A program made the position numbers and the translations under genes. Source: Elusimicrobiota bacterium (lineage in GTDB: Bacteria > Elusimicrobiota > Elusimicrobia > UBA1565 > UBA9628). Taken from it: 64,000 nucleotides of DNA. Below, piece after piece: positions 18,130-27,965 of this stretch; positions within the stretch are counted from its first letter, which is position 1, and every line of letters starts with the position of its first letter. The notes under the pieces were generated by a model. That model was not told where the DNA came from. It did no database searches and saw only the letters and a program-made list of their open reading frames with translations. The DNA lies in contig JANPGH010000072.1 of the NCBI GenBank assembly GCA_031423795.1, positions 1,317-65,316 on the forward strand, written 5' to 3'.

Positions 18130-18697
18130 ATGCCTGCCGCTAGCCTGTCGTTGGCGGTCGCAATACTACTCATCCCCGCAGCTTCTGGCGCAAAATTCTC
18201 GGCCATGACCATCGTAGCGCTGGGTGATTCGACGACGGCAGGTACGCCTGGTTTTTCTTCTCCCCTTGAGTCGCCTCCGCGCGCCGCCGGAAACCCGGAG
18301 AGCCAATTCGCCTATTGGATGATGAAGGCGCGGCCGGAATGGCGGGTCCTCAATCGAGGAATCAACGGCGAGCGCGCGGACGCGATCCGTGCCCGCTTCG
18401 CGCACGACGTCGAAGTCGCAAAGCCCCGCGTCGTGATCATCCTCGCGGGCGTCAACGACGCGTATCAGGGCCGACGGGCGCAAGCCACGCAGGCGGATTT
18501 GGCTTGGATGTATCAGCGGGCGAAGGCTCTTGGAATCGTTCCTGTTGCCGCGACGATACTCCCATTTTCGCGGGCTTCCGAAGCGCAGAGCCTGCGGATC
18601 GAAGCGCACTCCCGATGGTCTTCACCCCGATCCCGCGACTTATCGCGCGGTCGCCGATGCGTTGGTCGAGACGATCGACGTCCTCGGGGTTCGCTGA
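18130..18697 (+). pseudogene. SGNH/GDSL hydrolase with an internal deletion and frameshift near 18607
   Basis: GDSTT, NRGING and AGVND are in one frame; catalytic TPDGLHP...LGVR-stop is in the +1 frame at 18608..18697. Confidence 0.8.
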
Positions 18698-19836
18698 CTC
18701 TGGTCATATTGGCGCAAGTGTTTCAGCGCGCAATCCTCCCACGAGCGCGTCAGCGCGAACTGTCGCGCGTTCTCCGCCATGCGAAAGCGCACGTCTGGCT
18801 CGAGAAGCTCTAAGCAGGCCTCCGCGATCGGCGCCGGATCAGAGACGCTCTCGAGAATGAATGAATTTTGTTTGTGTGTCAAAAGCTCGCTCAGGCCGGC
18901 ATACTTGGTCGTCACGACCGGCACGCGCATGGACATCGCTTCAAGGCCCGCGAGGAAAAAGGTGTCGAGCGGGGTCGGGTTGAGCAACACATCGGCCACG
19001 CTGTAAAGAGCGCGCGCGTCGTCCCACGTTTGATCGTAGATGAAACGGACCCTATGCTCGTGGGCGAACTTAGCGAATACTTTCTTAGAGAACGGTCCCG
19101 CGGCAAGCAACACCTTAGGCGCTTTCTCCGGCAACCGGGCCAAGCCGCGGATGGCGAACTCAAGCCCTTTCCAAGAATCACCAATATATAGGAATACGAC
19201 TTCATCCAGGGAAATACCCAACGCTCGGCGCAGTCCGATGCCCTGTCCGGCCGACGCCGTGGGAGAGAAATAGGAACTGTCGACTCCATGCGGGATCACA
19301 TTTGCTCTTTTTTCTTCTATGTTAAAAGCTGAGCAGATCTCTTGGGCGGAACGCTGAGAATGGGCCACGATACTGCGGAAATTGATGGGAGAAAAACGGA
19401 AGTTTTCGATGGCCGCGCGAACCTTCCTGCGGGCCGATTTAAGCCTTGGGACGACGACGCTGAACGGCACGCCGGCCAGTTTCTCCTCCTCGATTTTTTG
19501 CGGATCATTATGCATCTGGATAATGTCCTGCTTAAAAGTCAGCGCGTGACTGACGATTATATCGTGACGATTTACCGGGAAATAACGACGCGCCACGGGA
19601 ATCAGCGCGCCCATCGGCATCGACCATGTGCGCCAAGACCCGCGCAGGCTAGGCAGCCAATGGAACTTAATTTTCGGGTCGGGAAATAGTTTCCGGCCGG
19701 AATCCGGAAGGCGATTGACGCAAGCGTAGATATGCACTTCATGACCGCGCTTGACGTACTCTTCACTGAGGCAAAGGGCAATCCGCGACACCCCGTTGTT
19801 CAATGAAAGCGTCTCGACGAACATCGCTATATTCAT
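18640..19836 (-). CDS. Glycosyltransferase family 4
   Basis: NGVSR, IPHGVD, DTFFLAGLEAM and PVVTT motifs. Confidence 0.88.
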   Translation of the reverse strand: MNIAMFVETLSLNNGVSRIALCLSEEYVKRGHEVHIYACVNRLPDSGRKLFPDPKIKFHWLPSLRGSWRTWSMPMGALIPVARRYFPVNRHDIIVSHALTFKQDIIQMHNDPQKIEEEKLAGVPFSVVVPRLKSARRKVRAAIENFRFSPINFRSIVAHSQRSAQEICSAFNIEEKRANVIPHGVDSSYFSPTASAGQGIGLRRALGISLDEVVFLYIGDSWKGLEFAIRGLARLPEKAPKVLLAAGPFSKKVFAKFAHEHRVRFIYDQTWDDARALYSVADVLLNPTPLDTFFLAGLEAMSMRVPVVTTKYAGLSELLTHKQNSFILESVSDPAPIAEACLELLEPDVRFRMAENARQFALTRSWEDCALKHLRQYDQSQRTPRTSIVSTNASATAR

Positions 19837-20576
19837 AGGACCGCGACCCGACGTGACAGTCGACGCGCTTGATAGAGACGCTTGAAGAACTTGAGCGTCC
19901 CGTCGCGGCCGCTGATGATGCGGCGCGCAAGCGACAAGGGATGCCCGTCGCCTCTTTCCGTCGCAAAGGCGATCTCATATCCCGCCTTGCCGACCGCGTC
20001 ACGCAGCGCGGGACTGAAATCCCCGTATGGATAAGCGAACCAGCCCGCGGACTGACCGAGAACGGCCTCCAGCTCATTTTTGGAATCGGCCAATTGCCGG
20101 GCAGCGACATCCGGCTCCAATTCGGTCAGCCGGACATGGCTCGCGGTGTGCGAACCAACGCCCCATCCGGCACGGCTGAGTGCTTGGAGTTCATTCGGCG
20201 TCATTTGCCGATGAACCGACCCCTCTGTCTCCCCGTCCCATACCGCCGGTTTCCCCATATGCGATGTTACCATGAAGACGATCGCGGAAAATCCCTGCCG
20301 CGACAGCTGCGGGAACGCCTCCGAGTAGACCGTAGACGACCCATCGTCAAAAGTAATGAGGATGGGCTTGGGCGGTTTTTCACACGGAATCCCGCGCATC
20401 CGCTTAACGTAAGCCTCTGGGGAAATCGTTTGATAGCCAAAGGCCTTCAAAATGGACAGTTGGCGTGAAAACGCCCGCGGATGTACGTATGTATCAGGAT
20501 GCTTCGATTGGGGTGGTGCAATCCCAATTCTATGGTAGACCAGCACCGGAATATCTTCTTGGGGCGCTGGGGTCAA
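19833..20576 (-). CDS. Polysaccharide deacetylase (CE4/NodB)
   Basis: VLVYHRI, ITFDDG, GSHTASH and FAYPYG motifs. Confidence 0.92.
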   Translation of the reverse strand: MTPAPQEDIPVLVYHRIGIAPPQSKHPDTYVHPRAFSRQLSILKAFGYQTISPEAYVKRMRGIPCEKPPKPILITFDDGSSTVYSEAFPQLSRQGFSAIVFMVTSHMGKPAVWDGETEGSVHRQMTPNELQALSRAGWGVGSHTASHVRLTELEPDVAARQLADSKNELEAVLGQSAGWFAYPYGDFSPALRDAVGKAGYEIAFATERGDGHPLSLARRIISGRDGTLKFFKRLYQARRLSRRVAVL

Positions 20577-21553
20577 AGAAATCGACTCACAATGCGCAAA
20601 GCTTCCCGCGCCTCATGGGGAGCTAACAACCCCCACCGTAATCGCATCGCCGCCTCGCGCGCGGCACGCACGGGACGCAATAAAATCGGCGGCACAAATG
20701 TCGCCCACCATAACGCCGTTCTTTTAGCTGCGGGGCCGAGCTCGGTCTCGAGCAGTGTGCGCGCCGCACCGGATTTAAGGGACTTCCAAAGATAAGACGC
20801 CACCTCGCGGGCCACGCGTTGGCGATGGGCGGCGGCGACGTCGACAGGCGCGCCGGAATTCTTGAGCGCTTCCATCGATTCCAGGAAATCGCGCTCGTGG
20901 TCGCGAGTTATCTGGCCTTCATGGATAAAGCGCACGGCCAGGGCCTCGCGCAACACGCCGACCTCCAAGCCCCCGGAAAACATCCGCGCGTAGAGTTCGG
21001 TATCCTCGAGTATTCGCAAGTCCTCCCGGAAAAATCCGGTGGTCGAGAACGCGGAGCGCTGGACACATACCATCGTGGTGACATAAGGCAGCCACCGGTC
21101 CCCCACCGCGTACCACCCGGGGACCTTCCCCTCCGGAATGGCCCGCGCCGGATCAAATAAAAGGCCGATTAATCGGTCCCAGCGGTGCACCCACGCATTG
21201 GTGAACCAAAAGCCAACCGTCGGGCGTGCCGCGATTGATCTCGCGAGATGGGCCAGTCGCTCGGGTAAAAATAAATCGTCTGAATCGAGAAACGCGATCC
21301 ATTTTCCACGCGCGGCGGCAATCGCCTGGTTACGACAGGCATGCTGACCTCGATTTTCCTGATTCCAGAAAAAACGGATCCTCGGATCGGAAAATTCCGA
21401 CATCGCGGTCTTGGTCTCGTCGCGTGAACCGTCGTCGACGATCAGGCATTCCCAGCGGCCGTCGGTTTGCGCCAACACCGAACGCACCGCCGCCGCTGCG
21501 GACCGCGCCCGATTGTATGTTGGTATGACGACGGAGAACAGGGGACCCTTCAC
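20573..21553 (-). CDS. Glycosyltransferase family 2
   Basis: SVVIPTYNR, IVDDGS, AFLDSDD and LED motifs. Confidence 0.92.
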   Translation of the reverse strand: MKGPLFSVVIPTYNRARSAAAAVRSVLAQTDGRWECLIVDDGSRDETKTAMSEFSDPRIRFFWNQENRGQHACRNQAIAAARGKWIAFLDSDDLFLPERLAHLARSIAARPTVGFWFTNAWVHRWDRLIGLLFDPARAIPEGKVPGWYAVGDRWLPYVTTMVCVQRSAFSTTGFFREDLRILEDTELYARMFSGGLEVGVLREALAVRFIHEGQITRDHERDFLESMEALKNSGAPVDVAAAHRQRVAREVASYLWKSLKSGAARTLLETELGPAAKRTALWWATFVPPILLRPVRAAREAAMRLRWGLLAPHEAREALRIVSRFL

Positions 21554-23538
21554 CGAGGACCTCCATCGGGCCAGTCGTCTGAAAACCGTGCGCGGTAAGA
21601 CGCGAGCGAACGCATCGTCGATAATACCGTTCGACGAACGCCGCCCTGGGCGACCCTCGCAACCGCCGCATCGGTGCGACGAACGCCCTCGCCCGTGGTC
21701 TTGAGATTTGACGCGATGATCTTTATATCAAGAACGAGGCCGTCGGGCGTCCGGGTCTGCCGCCAGGCGGCGACCGCCGTAGCCTCGAATTCCGGCAGAA
21801 TCTCTTCGCGCCCGGTCAGCAGATAACGATTGATCTGGATATAAGCGCCCTTGGCCAGGAACGGCGGCGGGATCCGCAGACGCTTCTCCGTTTCCGGCAC
21901 ATAAGCCGCCGGCGGCGAAAGTATCGGCGGCTTCTCGGGCTTGGAGTCGGAACGCTGGAGTTCAGCCTCCGCCAATAGCAGACTCGGTGAAATGACCGTC
22001 GCGGGCGCTCCTGCCGCCACATTAATATCGGAGTCGACGTTGTCGTCACCCGCGGCGATAGCGCTTGCAGCCATTACCAGCGGAGTTCCGACCAGATCAA
22101 GATCGCGTACTCGAACTGTTTTTGACCCATCGACCGGGACGAGGTCCACGCGCGCCGCGAAACGAATCGATCCCTGCGCGCTGCTGCTCTGCTGTTGCGC
22201 GACCGTTCTCAAATTACGAATCCAAAGCCCGAAGGGTTTGCCCGCCTTGCGACACTCGTCGCGCAACCGAGCGAACAATTTTTCTCGCGGCAAAGGGTCT
22301 GAGGTCGTGAGAAAAAGCACTCCCGGAGCGCCCATCGGAGTGACGCCGATGGCGGCTCTTCCATGGCCATTGGAATGCGGGAATTCCTTGACCGGGTAGC
22401 GCGACAGCAAAAAACCCTTCAGCTCCCCCCGTTCGACGAGGGTGACACGGCGCGCGGGAACTCCCTGATCGTCAAAATCATAGTGCCCGTACAACGGCCG
22501 ACCCCTGAAGTGCGTCTGGGACGGATCGTCGACTAAGTTGAGTTCCGGAGATAACACACGTTGCCCGATTCGCCCGCGGAACGTCTGCGCCCCCATCGGG
22601 TTGCGCAGCTCCTCTCCTGAAAGACGCTGGCCCAACGCGAATATCAACGCCGCCGAAACCGTCGGATCGATTAATGCCGGAGCGCTGAAAGGCGAGGTCG
22701 TGGCGGCAACTCGCAAATCCATCAAGTCAGCAAGCAATTCACGCCCCGCCAATCGCATCTCGGCCTCACTGGGAAGCGCTTGCGGCGTGCGCGCGGACCA
22801 ATCGCGTCCCACGGTTTGGCGCAAACCGTCGGGACTGAGGGTCGAGGCTTCGATTTCTATTTTTGCGGTGTCGTCAGCCTTATCGACAATGTCGCCGTTG
22901 GTGTCTCGGCGGCGAGTCCACACGCGGCGCAAGTTCGCATGCGATTCCGCGGAAAGCAGAGCTGGCGCATGACGAAAGGGCTCGGCCAGGACTTCGTCAA
23001 TTCGGCGCAGACGCTCCCGATCCCATACAGATGCCGGCCGTGAAGTACTGCTCACATGCGTCGGCTCAAACGACAAGTCGTCGGTATCGTATTCGGCCCT
23101 TCCTTCTGAAACTAATCTCTCCTGCTTGCGCAGAAAGTCGGCGGTCGCGGATTTGTAGGCGCCGTCGAACAACCGCCATAGAGCGTGTCGCAGTGCGAAC
23201 TCATCGTTAGCGAGTGTGAGCGACGCGCCCTGATACTCAGCTCGGGGCGCCCGCGAGTGGTTGTCGAGGGCGGGCGCGCCGACCCTCATGTCGATCAAAA
23301 CGAGGCGCTGGTCGATGTGCGCCTCTGAGCGGACTGCCCCCATAGCGCTGGTCTGGTCCCATTCGTCTATGTCCCAAACGTTCAGCGCAGCGAAATAGAT
23401 TCCGGGATACCCGTCTGCCTTCAGTTCTTTTTTCGCGCGACCGAGTTCCGCTTGGATCGCACGTTCCAACCCCGCGTCCCACGCCCCGGCGTTAGCCGAA
23501 GCTATAAGCACGAAGGCTCCTAAACAGAGTAAATTCAT
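21550..23538 (-). CDS. TldE/PmbA-like non-catalytic subunit with signal peptide and C-terminal extension
   Basis: DDP, YDFDDQGVPA and SNGHGR motifs; HExxH replaced by IFALGQ; N-terminal MNLLCLGAFVLIASANAGA. Confidence 0.82.
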   Translation of the reverse strand: MNLLCLGAFVLIASANAGAWDAGLERAIQAELGRAKKELKADGYPGIYFAALNVWDIDEWDQTSAMGAVRSEAHIDQRLVLIDMRVGAPALDNHSRAPRAEYQGASLTLANDEFALRHALWRLFDGAYKSATADFLRKQERLVSEGRAEYDTDDLSFEPTHVSSTSRPASVWDRERLRRIDEVLAEPFRHAPALLSAESHANLRRVWTRRRDTNGDIVDKADDTAKIEIEASTLSPDGLRQTVGRDWSARTPQALPSEAEMRLAGRELLADLMDLRVAATTSPFSAPALIDPTVSAALIFALGQRLSGEELRNPMGAQTFRGRIGQRVLSPELNLVDDPSQTHFRGRPLYGHYDFDDQGVPARRVTLVERGELKGFLLSRYPVKEFPHSNGHGRAAIGVTPMGAPGVLFLTTSDPLPREKLFARLRDECRKAGKPFGLWIRNLRTVAQQQSSSAQGSIRFAARVDLVPVDGSKTVRVRDLDLVGTPLVMAASAIAAGDDNVDSDINVAAGAPATVISPSLLLAEAELQRSDSKPEKPPILSPPAAYVPETEKRLRIPPPFLAKGAYIQINRYLLTGREEILPEFEATAVAAWRQTRTPDGLVLDIKIIASNLKTTGEGVRRTDAAVARVAQGGVRRTVLSTMRSLASYRARFSDDWPDGGPR

Positions 23539-25226
23539 CGCCGACCCTCAAGCGGGGACGGGAGGACCGGCGGACGCGCGCGATCCTCGGGTAAACGTTG
23601 TAGTTCAACTTGAGAAATCAGCAGGCTCGGCGCTATCTGGCTGACGGGCACCCAACCGGATTCAGCGCCGCACTGGAACCCGTTGGCCAGCGTTTGATCG
23701 TCTCCGGCAGCTATGATCCGGTTGAGAACGACGAGCGGAGTGCCCACCAGCTTCACTCCGCGCACCAGGGTACGCTTTCCCTTCAGATCCAAGCGATAGA
23801 CCAGCCGCGGCCGCACCTCCAACGTTTGCGCCGATTCGCGGTTCGTCGGGTTTTCACCGCCGTTGGAACCGACGAGCAAGAATCCATGGTCCTTGCCTTG
23901 GCGGCGAACCAGTTCCAAGAGCTGCCTCTCCAGCTGATCGCGACTTACCGCTCCATCAGCGGTCACGATCAGGTTGGCCATCCGTCCCGTCGCATGAGAG
24001 CGCGCGTCGGATCGTCCGTGTCCGTTCGTCTCCGGAAATCCTTTAATCGGCCAGCGCGACATGAGAAATCCCCTCAAGATTCCGTGTTCGACGAGCGTCA
24101 CGCGGCGCGCCGGCGCGCCCTCTGCGTCGAAATCATAGGATCCGTGAAGCGGGGAGCCGTGGAATGATTTCAAGGTCGGATCATCGTACATGCTGAGGAA
24201 CTCAGGGATGATCGATTTGCCTACCAAATCGCGAAAGACCTGGCTTTCATGGGGGTCCCGCTGCCGTTGGCCCTCCAGCTTATGGCCCAGCGCTTCGTGA
24301 AAAAGTACGCCGGACATCTCCGGGTCAAGGATCGCGGGTGCGGCCTCCGCATCCTGCACGGGTGCCGCGCGCAGCGCGATTAGCTCAGTCGCCAGCTCGC
24401 GCACGCGAAGTTCCAGTTTCTTGTCGCTGGGGAGGTCGGACCACGACCTCACGGGTTCATAGAAGCCATCTTCAAGGCGCATCCCATCATCGGCCCGGGT
24501 CATCGCGTTCAAACGAATCTCGTGCGGCATCTCCTCGCCGTGTGTGAGTAGGCGCGTCCCCTCGCTGGTCAGCAAGATACGGCGAGTCCACCAGCCGCCA
24601 ACCGTCGCATTCGAATCAAGAATCGTCGGGTAGTCGCGGAACACCCGACTCAGGCGCTGGGCAAGCGCGCGCAGCCGTCCCCGGTCCACGTTCGGCGCGG
24701 GGAAACGCTCGATGCGGCGCTGCGGCGTCGCGGATGAAAAATCATCCAACTCGTCAACGAAAAGTTCCGTCGAGCGTTTGGCTTTCTTCTCCAACCAGCC
24801 GGAAACGGCGCCGCGGTAGGCCTGGTCAGTCAGAAGCCAATAAGTATGCCTCAGCACCTGCGGATCCGCAGAGGCCGCTCCGTTAACTCCCTGATAGCTG
24901 AGGTCGGTATTGTCGAAATTAGAGTCGCCGAAGCGTGCTTCCACATATGCCGCGCGGAATTCGTCAAAATCTTCGGAAACGACAGCACCCAGCGACGCGA
25001 CAGTCTCGAAATGGCGCACGTCATGAAGGCGATAGGCGAGGAAATACGGCGGCCCGAATGATTCTTGGCGTAGCCGCTGCATGCTACGCGCGAGTTCCGC
25101 TTCCAAGGCGCTGAAAACGGCGTCGCCGGCGGCCACCTTGGTTCCCCAAGACTGAGCGGCGGCCGCGGACGCCACTACCAGGAACGCGGCCGCAAGGCCG
25201 CTACTGCTTCGAGGGACCGACTTCAT
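23535..25226 (-). CDS. tldD: TldD-family metalloprotease with signal peptide
   Basis: FHEALGHKLEG Zn motif, NGHGR and CGAESGWVPVS; start moved to ATG 25226 (MKSVPRSSSGLAAAFLVVASAAAA-Q). Confidence 0.87.
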   Translation of the reverse strand: MKSVPRSSSGLAAAFLVVASAAAAQSWGTKVAAGDAVFSALEAELARSMQRLRQESFGPPYFLAYRLHDVRHFETVASLGAVVSEDFDEFRAAYVEARFGDSNFDNTDLSYQGVNGAASADPQVLRHTYWLLTDQAYRGAVSGWLEKKAKRSTELFVDELDDFSSATPQRRIERFPAPNVDRGRLRALAQRLSRVFRDYPTILDSNATVGGWWTRRILLTSEGTRLLTHGEEMPHEIRLNAMTRADDGMRLEDGFYEPVRSWSDLPSDKKLELRVRELATELIALRAAPVQDAEAAPAILDPEMSGVLFHEALGHKLEGQRQRDPHESQVFRDLVGKSIIPEFLSMYDDPTLKSFHGSPLHGSYDFDAEGAPARRVTLVEHGILRGFLMSRWPIKGFPETNGHGRSDARSHATGRMANLIVTADGAVSRDQLERQLLELVRRQGKDHGFLLVGSNGGENPTNRESAQTLEVRPRLVYRLDLKGKRTLVRGVKLVGTPLVVLNRIIAAGDDQTLANGFQCGAESGWVPVSQIAPSLLISQVELQRLPEDRARPPVLPSPLEGRR

Positions 25227-27888
25227 AGCCCGTGTAAGGAAGATCCCCGGGGCCCGGCGCCTTCGACGGGGACGCAACGGGGCGTAATCGTCCCTCCTGC
25301 TGGGCCTTTCGATAAACAACCTCGAGGTTGCGCTTGGCGTTGTCGAAATTTGGCTCGAACGCGAGGGCTTTGCGATAGTTGATCTCGGCCGCCTGCAGGT
25401 GTCCGGCGCGATCCTTCCCGCCCGACTCTTGTTCCGCCAAGAAATGCGCGTTGGCCAGGCTGGTGTAGGATTCTGCTCCGTCTCGGGTCATCCCTGGCAA
25501 AGGCACCGCGTGACGATGAACCCAGCTGCCGTCCTCTTTGACATAAAGCTGATACGACAAGATGGTGTTCCTGAGGAACTCATTTGTCAGCAGCCTTGGA
25601 GCGACCGCACACTTTTCCGCATCGATCAGCGCCGTATACGTTTCGATGGCTTGGTCGAACTGCTTGCGCATCATGTAAATTTGGGCGATGCGGATATAGT
25701 TGGGCCCGAACACCGGATCCACCTGTTGATAGAGGCGGAAGCGGTTCAACGCCAAATCCAGATAATGGTTGACCTCGTCTTGCGGGTGGTGGCTGTCGAT
25801 CGCCCACTGGGCGCGGCGCATGTGCAGGTTCCCGACCTGGTGGTGCATTTGAACGTAGTTCGGGGAAAGCCGCCTGACCTCGTTGTACCAATACAATGCG
25901 CGCTCATAGTCATCGACTGCGACGTTATCCCGGTCGCCCCAATTCGGGTTGTATATTTTCGTCATGTTGAAGCGGTCATTGAACACATTGCCAAGGAAAT
26001 ACTTCGCCATCACGAAATCGGTGTTGAGTCGGTTGACGATCAGGTAATTAGCCACCGCGGCGTCCCACTGGCGCTCCTTCGAAAAGTAGATCGCGATGTT
26101 GTGGTGAATATCGGCCTTGAAGTACCCCCAGAATAAGTACAGAGGCTGAAGGCACGCGAGCACGATCAACGGGACCACCGGATTATCGGACGTCCAGCAC
26201 AGGCGGATCAGCGCGTAGCCAAGCCCCAGCATACATCCCGCAAACACACCCCAGGCCAACCACCATTGCAGGAATTCGCCACCGGGCGGCACGCGCGCCA
26301 ATGGCCCCATTATGGAACCGAATTCGCCGAACATGCCGCCCATTCCATGGGCGGCAGAAGCGTTAATACGGATCAGGTACTCGTGAAAGTACCAATCCTT
26401 GCGGAAGAAGGCGAAATAAAGCACCCCGCCTATGGCCGCCAAACGCGTCGGCCAAATCAAAAATTCAGAGAGCGTCTGAAGGAGAGGCGGCTCGGCGCCT
26501 ACCTCCGGCGCCGGCGCCGGAGGAACGGCCTGCGGATGGCGCTCGAACAACGCGCGCCCGCGCGCGACGGTGACGATCATTCCCGACAGTAACCCGAGAT
26601 ATACGCCGGATGAGACGAAACGCAGGGATACGTCGAAAAAATTGTGCGCCAACATTCCCGAGAAAGAAACGAGCAGGCCCGTCAAATCGTACGCGCGCGG
26701 CGGCGGCCGGCCATCCTTGAGGGCGAGCGACGTCGTCAGCTGACCAAGCGAGCGAAATCCGATCACCAGCGTCGTCAGGATCAGCCAAAGAAATATGCCG
26801 AATCCAATGATGCCGTTGTCGAGGAACTCCTCCAAATACTCATCCTCGGCATGATCCGTCTCGGTGTTGTGCTTACCCTCGATATGGAAAATGGGAGGGC
26901 GACGAAAGGCGGGATACAGAGGCGGGAACGCCCCGACGCCAGAGCCAATCCACGGCTGGGTGCGGATCATTTCCCACGTCGCCTCCCAGGTGAACAGCCG
27001 GAAATTAATCGAGACTAGACGCGAGCTCAGATCCTTGGCCGTGTAGCCGATCAGCCCGATTGCGCCCAAGGCCGCCACCGCCAAAATCTTGTTTCGCCAT
27101 TCGCGGCTCACGACGCTAAAGTAAACAAACAGAACGACGCCGAAAAGCGCACACACCATCGCAAACCCGAGCCACGCACCCTTCGTTCCCGTGGCCATCA
27201 AGTTGACGAGAAGCATGCCCATGAGCGGAACCAGGCTCCAGCGCCGACTCTTAATAAACTGCGTAAGCAAAATCGGGAAAATGATGACCAGGAAGTCGCC
27301 GTAAAAGTTGGGGTTGCCGTAGGTCGAGAATACGCGTGGACCGAAGGCCCCGCGCCACACGAACGGGTCGATGCCGTTTCCTACGCCCGGTGGAAACCAA
27401 TGATTGTCGACGAATTGGAGCATTCCGTATCCGATCGCGACCCACCCTGCCCAAATCAGCCATTCGATCAGCCTTTCGGAGGAAACCCTGTCGAACTCGT
27501 AAATCGCGATCAAAGCCACGATCATGTAAAAGGTCTGGCGTACGAAAAAATCCGTGCTCGCCATCCGGTACGGGGCATGGATATAGGAGAAAACGCCGTA
27601 AGCCAGATACGCGATGAACGGCATCAACACCAGAAGATCTTCCTTATTGAAGGCGTTGCGGCCGGCGAGTGCTAGGCGGCACAACCAGAGGGTCAACAGA
27701 CCGACGCCGCCCATTTGCATGACCGAAATTTTGACCTGCGCCGAATCGTAGGTACGTAGGAAAAAAAGCGAGGAAATCAAGAAATAAAGGACGGGCATCC
27801 AGAGCGTGATCGCTTTGTGAGCGAACGCCTCGGCATCCGAGCGTGGCGCGAAGGCGACTTTTTTGCGGAGTTCTCGACTCTCAGCCAT
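25201..27888 (-). CDS. O-antigen ligase / O-oligosaccharyltransferase-like (Wzy_C) membrane protein with C-terminal TPRs
   Basis: STYGNPN, TGTKGAWLG, RLFTW, GSGVGAF and HAEDEYL...GIIG motifs; many TM helices; TPR-like tail. Confidence 0.82.
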   Translation of the reverse strand: MAESRELRKKVAFAPRSDAEAFAHKAITLWMPVLYFLISSLFFLRTYDSAQVKISVMQMGGVGLLTLWLCRLALAGRNAFNKEDLLVLMPFIAYLAYGVFSYIHAPYRMASTDFFVRQTFYMIVALIAIYEFDRVSSERLIEWLIWAGWVAIGYGMLQFVDNHWFPPGVGNGIDPFVWRGAFGPRVFSTYGNPNFYGDFLVIIFPILLTQFIKSRRWSLVPLMGMLLVNLMATGTKGAWLGFAMVCALFGVVLFVYFSVVSREWRNKILAVAALGAIGLIGYTAKDLSSRLVSINFRLFTWEATWEMIRTQPWIGSGVGAFPPLYPAFRRPPIFHIEGKHNTETDHAEDEYLEEFLDNGIIGFGIFLWLILTTLVIGFRSLGQLTTSLALKDGRPPPRAYDLTGLLVSFSGMLAHNFFDVSLRFVSSGVYLGLLSGMIVTVARGRALFERHPQAVPPAPAPEVGAEPPLLQTLSEFLIWPTRLAAIGGVLYFAFFRKDWYFHEYLIRINASAAHGMGGMFGEFGSIMGPLARVPPGGEFLQWWLAWGVFAGCMLGLGYALIRLCWTSDNPVVPLIVLACLQPLYLFWGYFKADIHHNIAIYFSKERQWDAAVANYLIVNRLNTDFVMAKYFLGNVFNDRFNMTKIYNPNWGDRDNVAVDDYERALYWYNEVRRLSPNYVQMHHQVGNLHMRRAQWAIDSHHPQDEVNHYLDLALNRFRLYQQVDPVFGPNYIRIAQIYMMRKQFDQAIETYTALIDAEKCAVAPRLLTNEFLRNTILSYQLYVKEDGSWVHRHAVPLPGMTRDGAESYTSLANAHFLAEQESGGKDRAGHLQAAEINYRKALAFEPNFDNAKRNLEVVYRKAQQEGRLRPVASPSKAPGPGDLPYTGYEVGPSKQ

Positions 27889-27896
27889 GGGCGTCG

Positions 27897-27957
27897 ATTC
27901 TACTATTTTGATTCACGGATCTCACCAATTCGCCCGATGAATCCTTAATGGTATACT
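27897..27957. promoter_or_regulatory. Divergent -10 boxes
   Basis: TAGAAT (-, 27902-27897) and TGgTATACT (+, hexamer 27952-27957), each 8 nt before an ATG. Confidence 0.65.
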
Positions 27958-27965
27958 CGCGTCCC

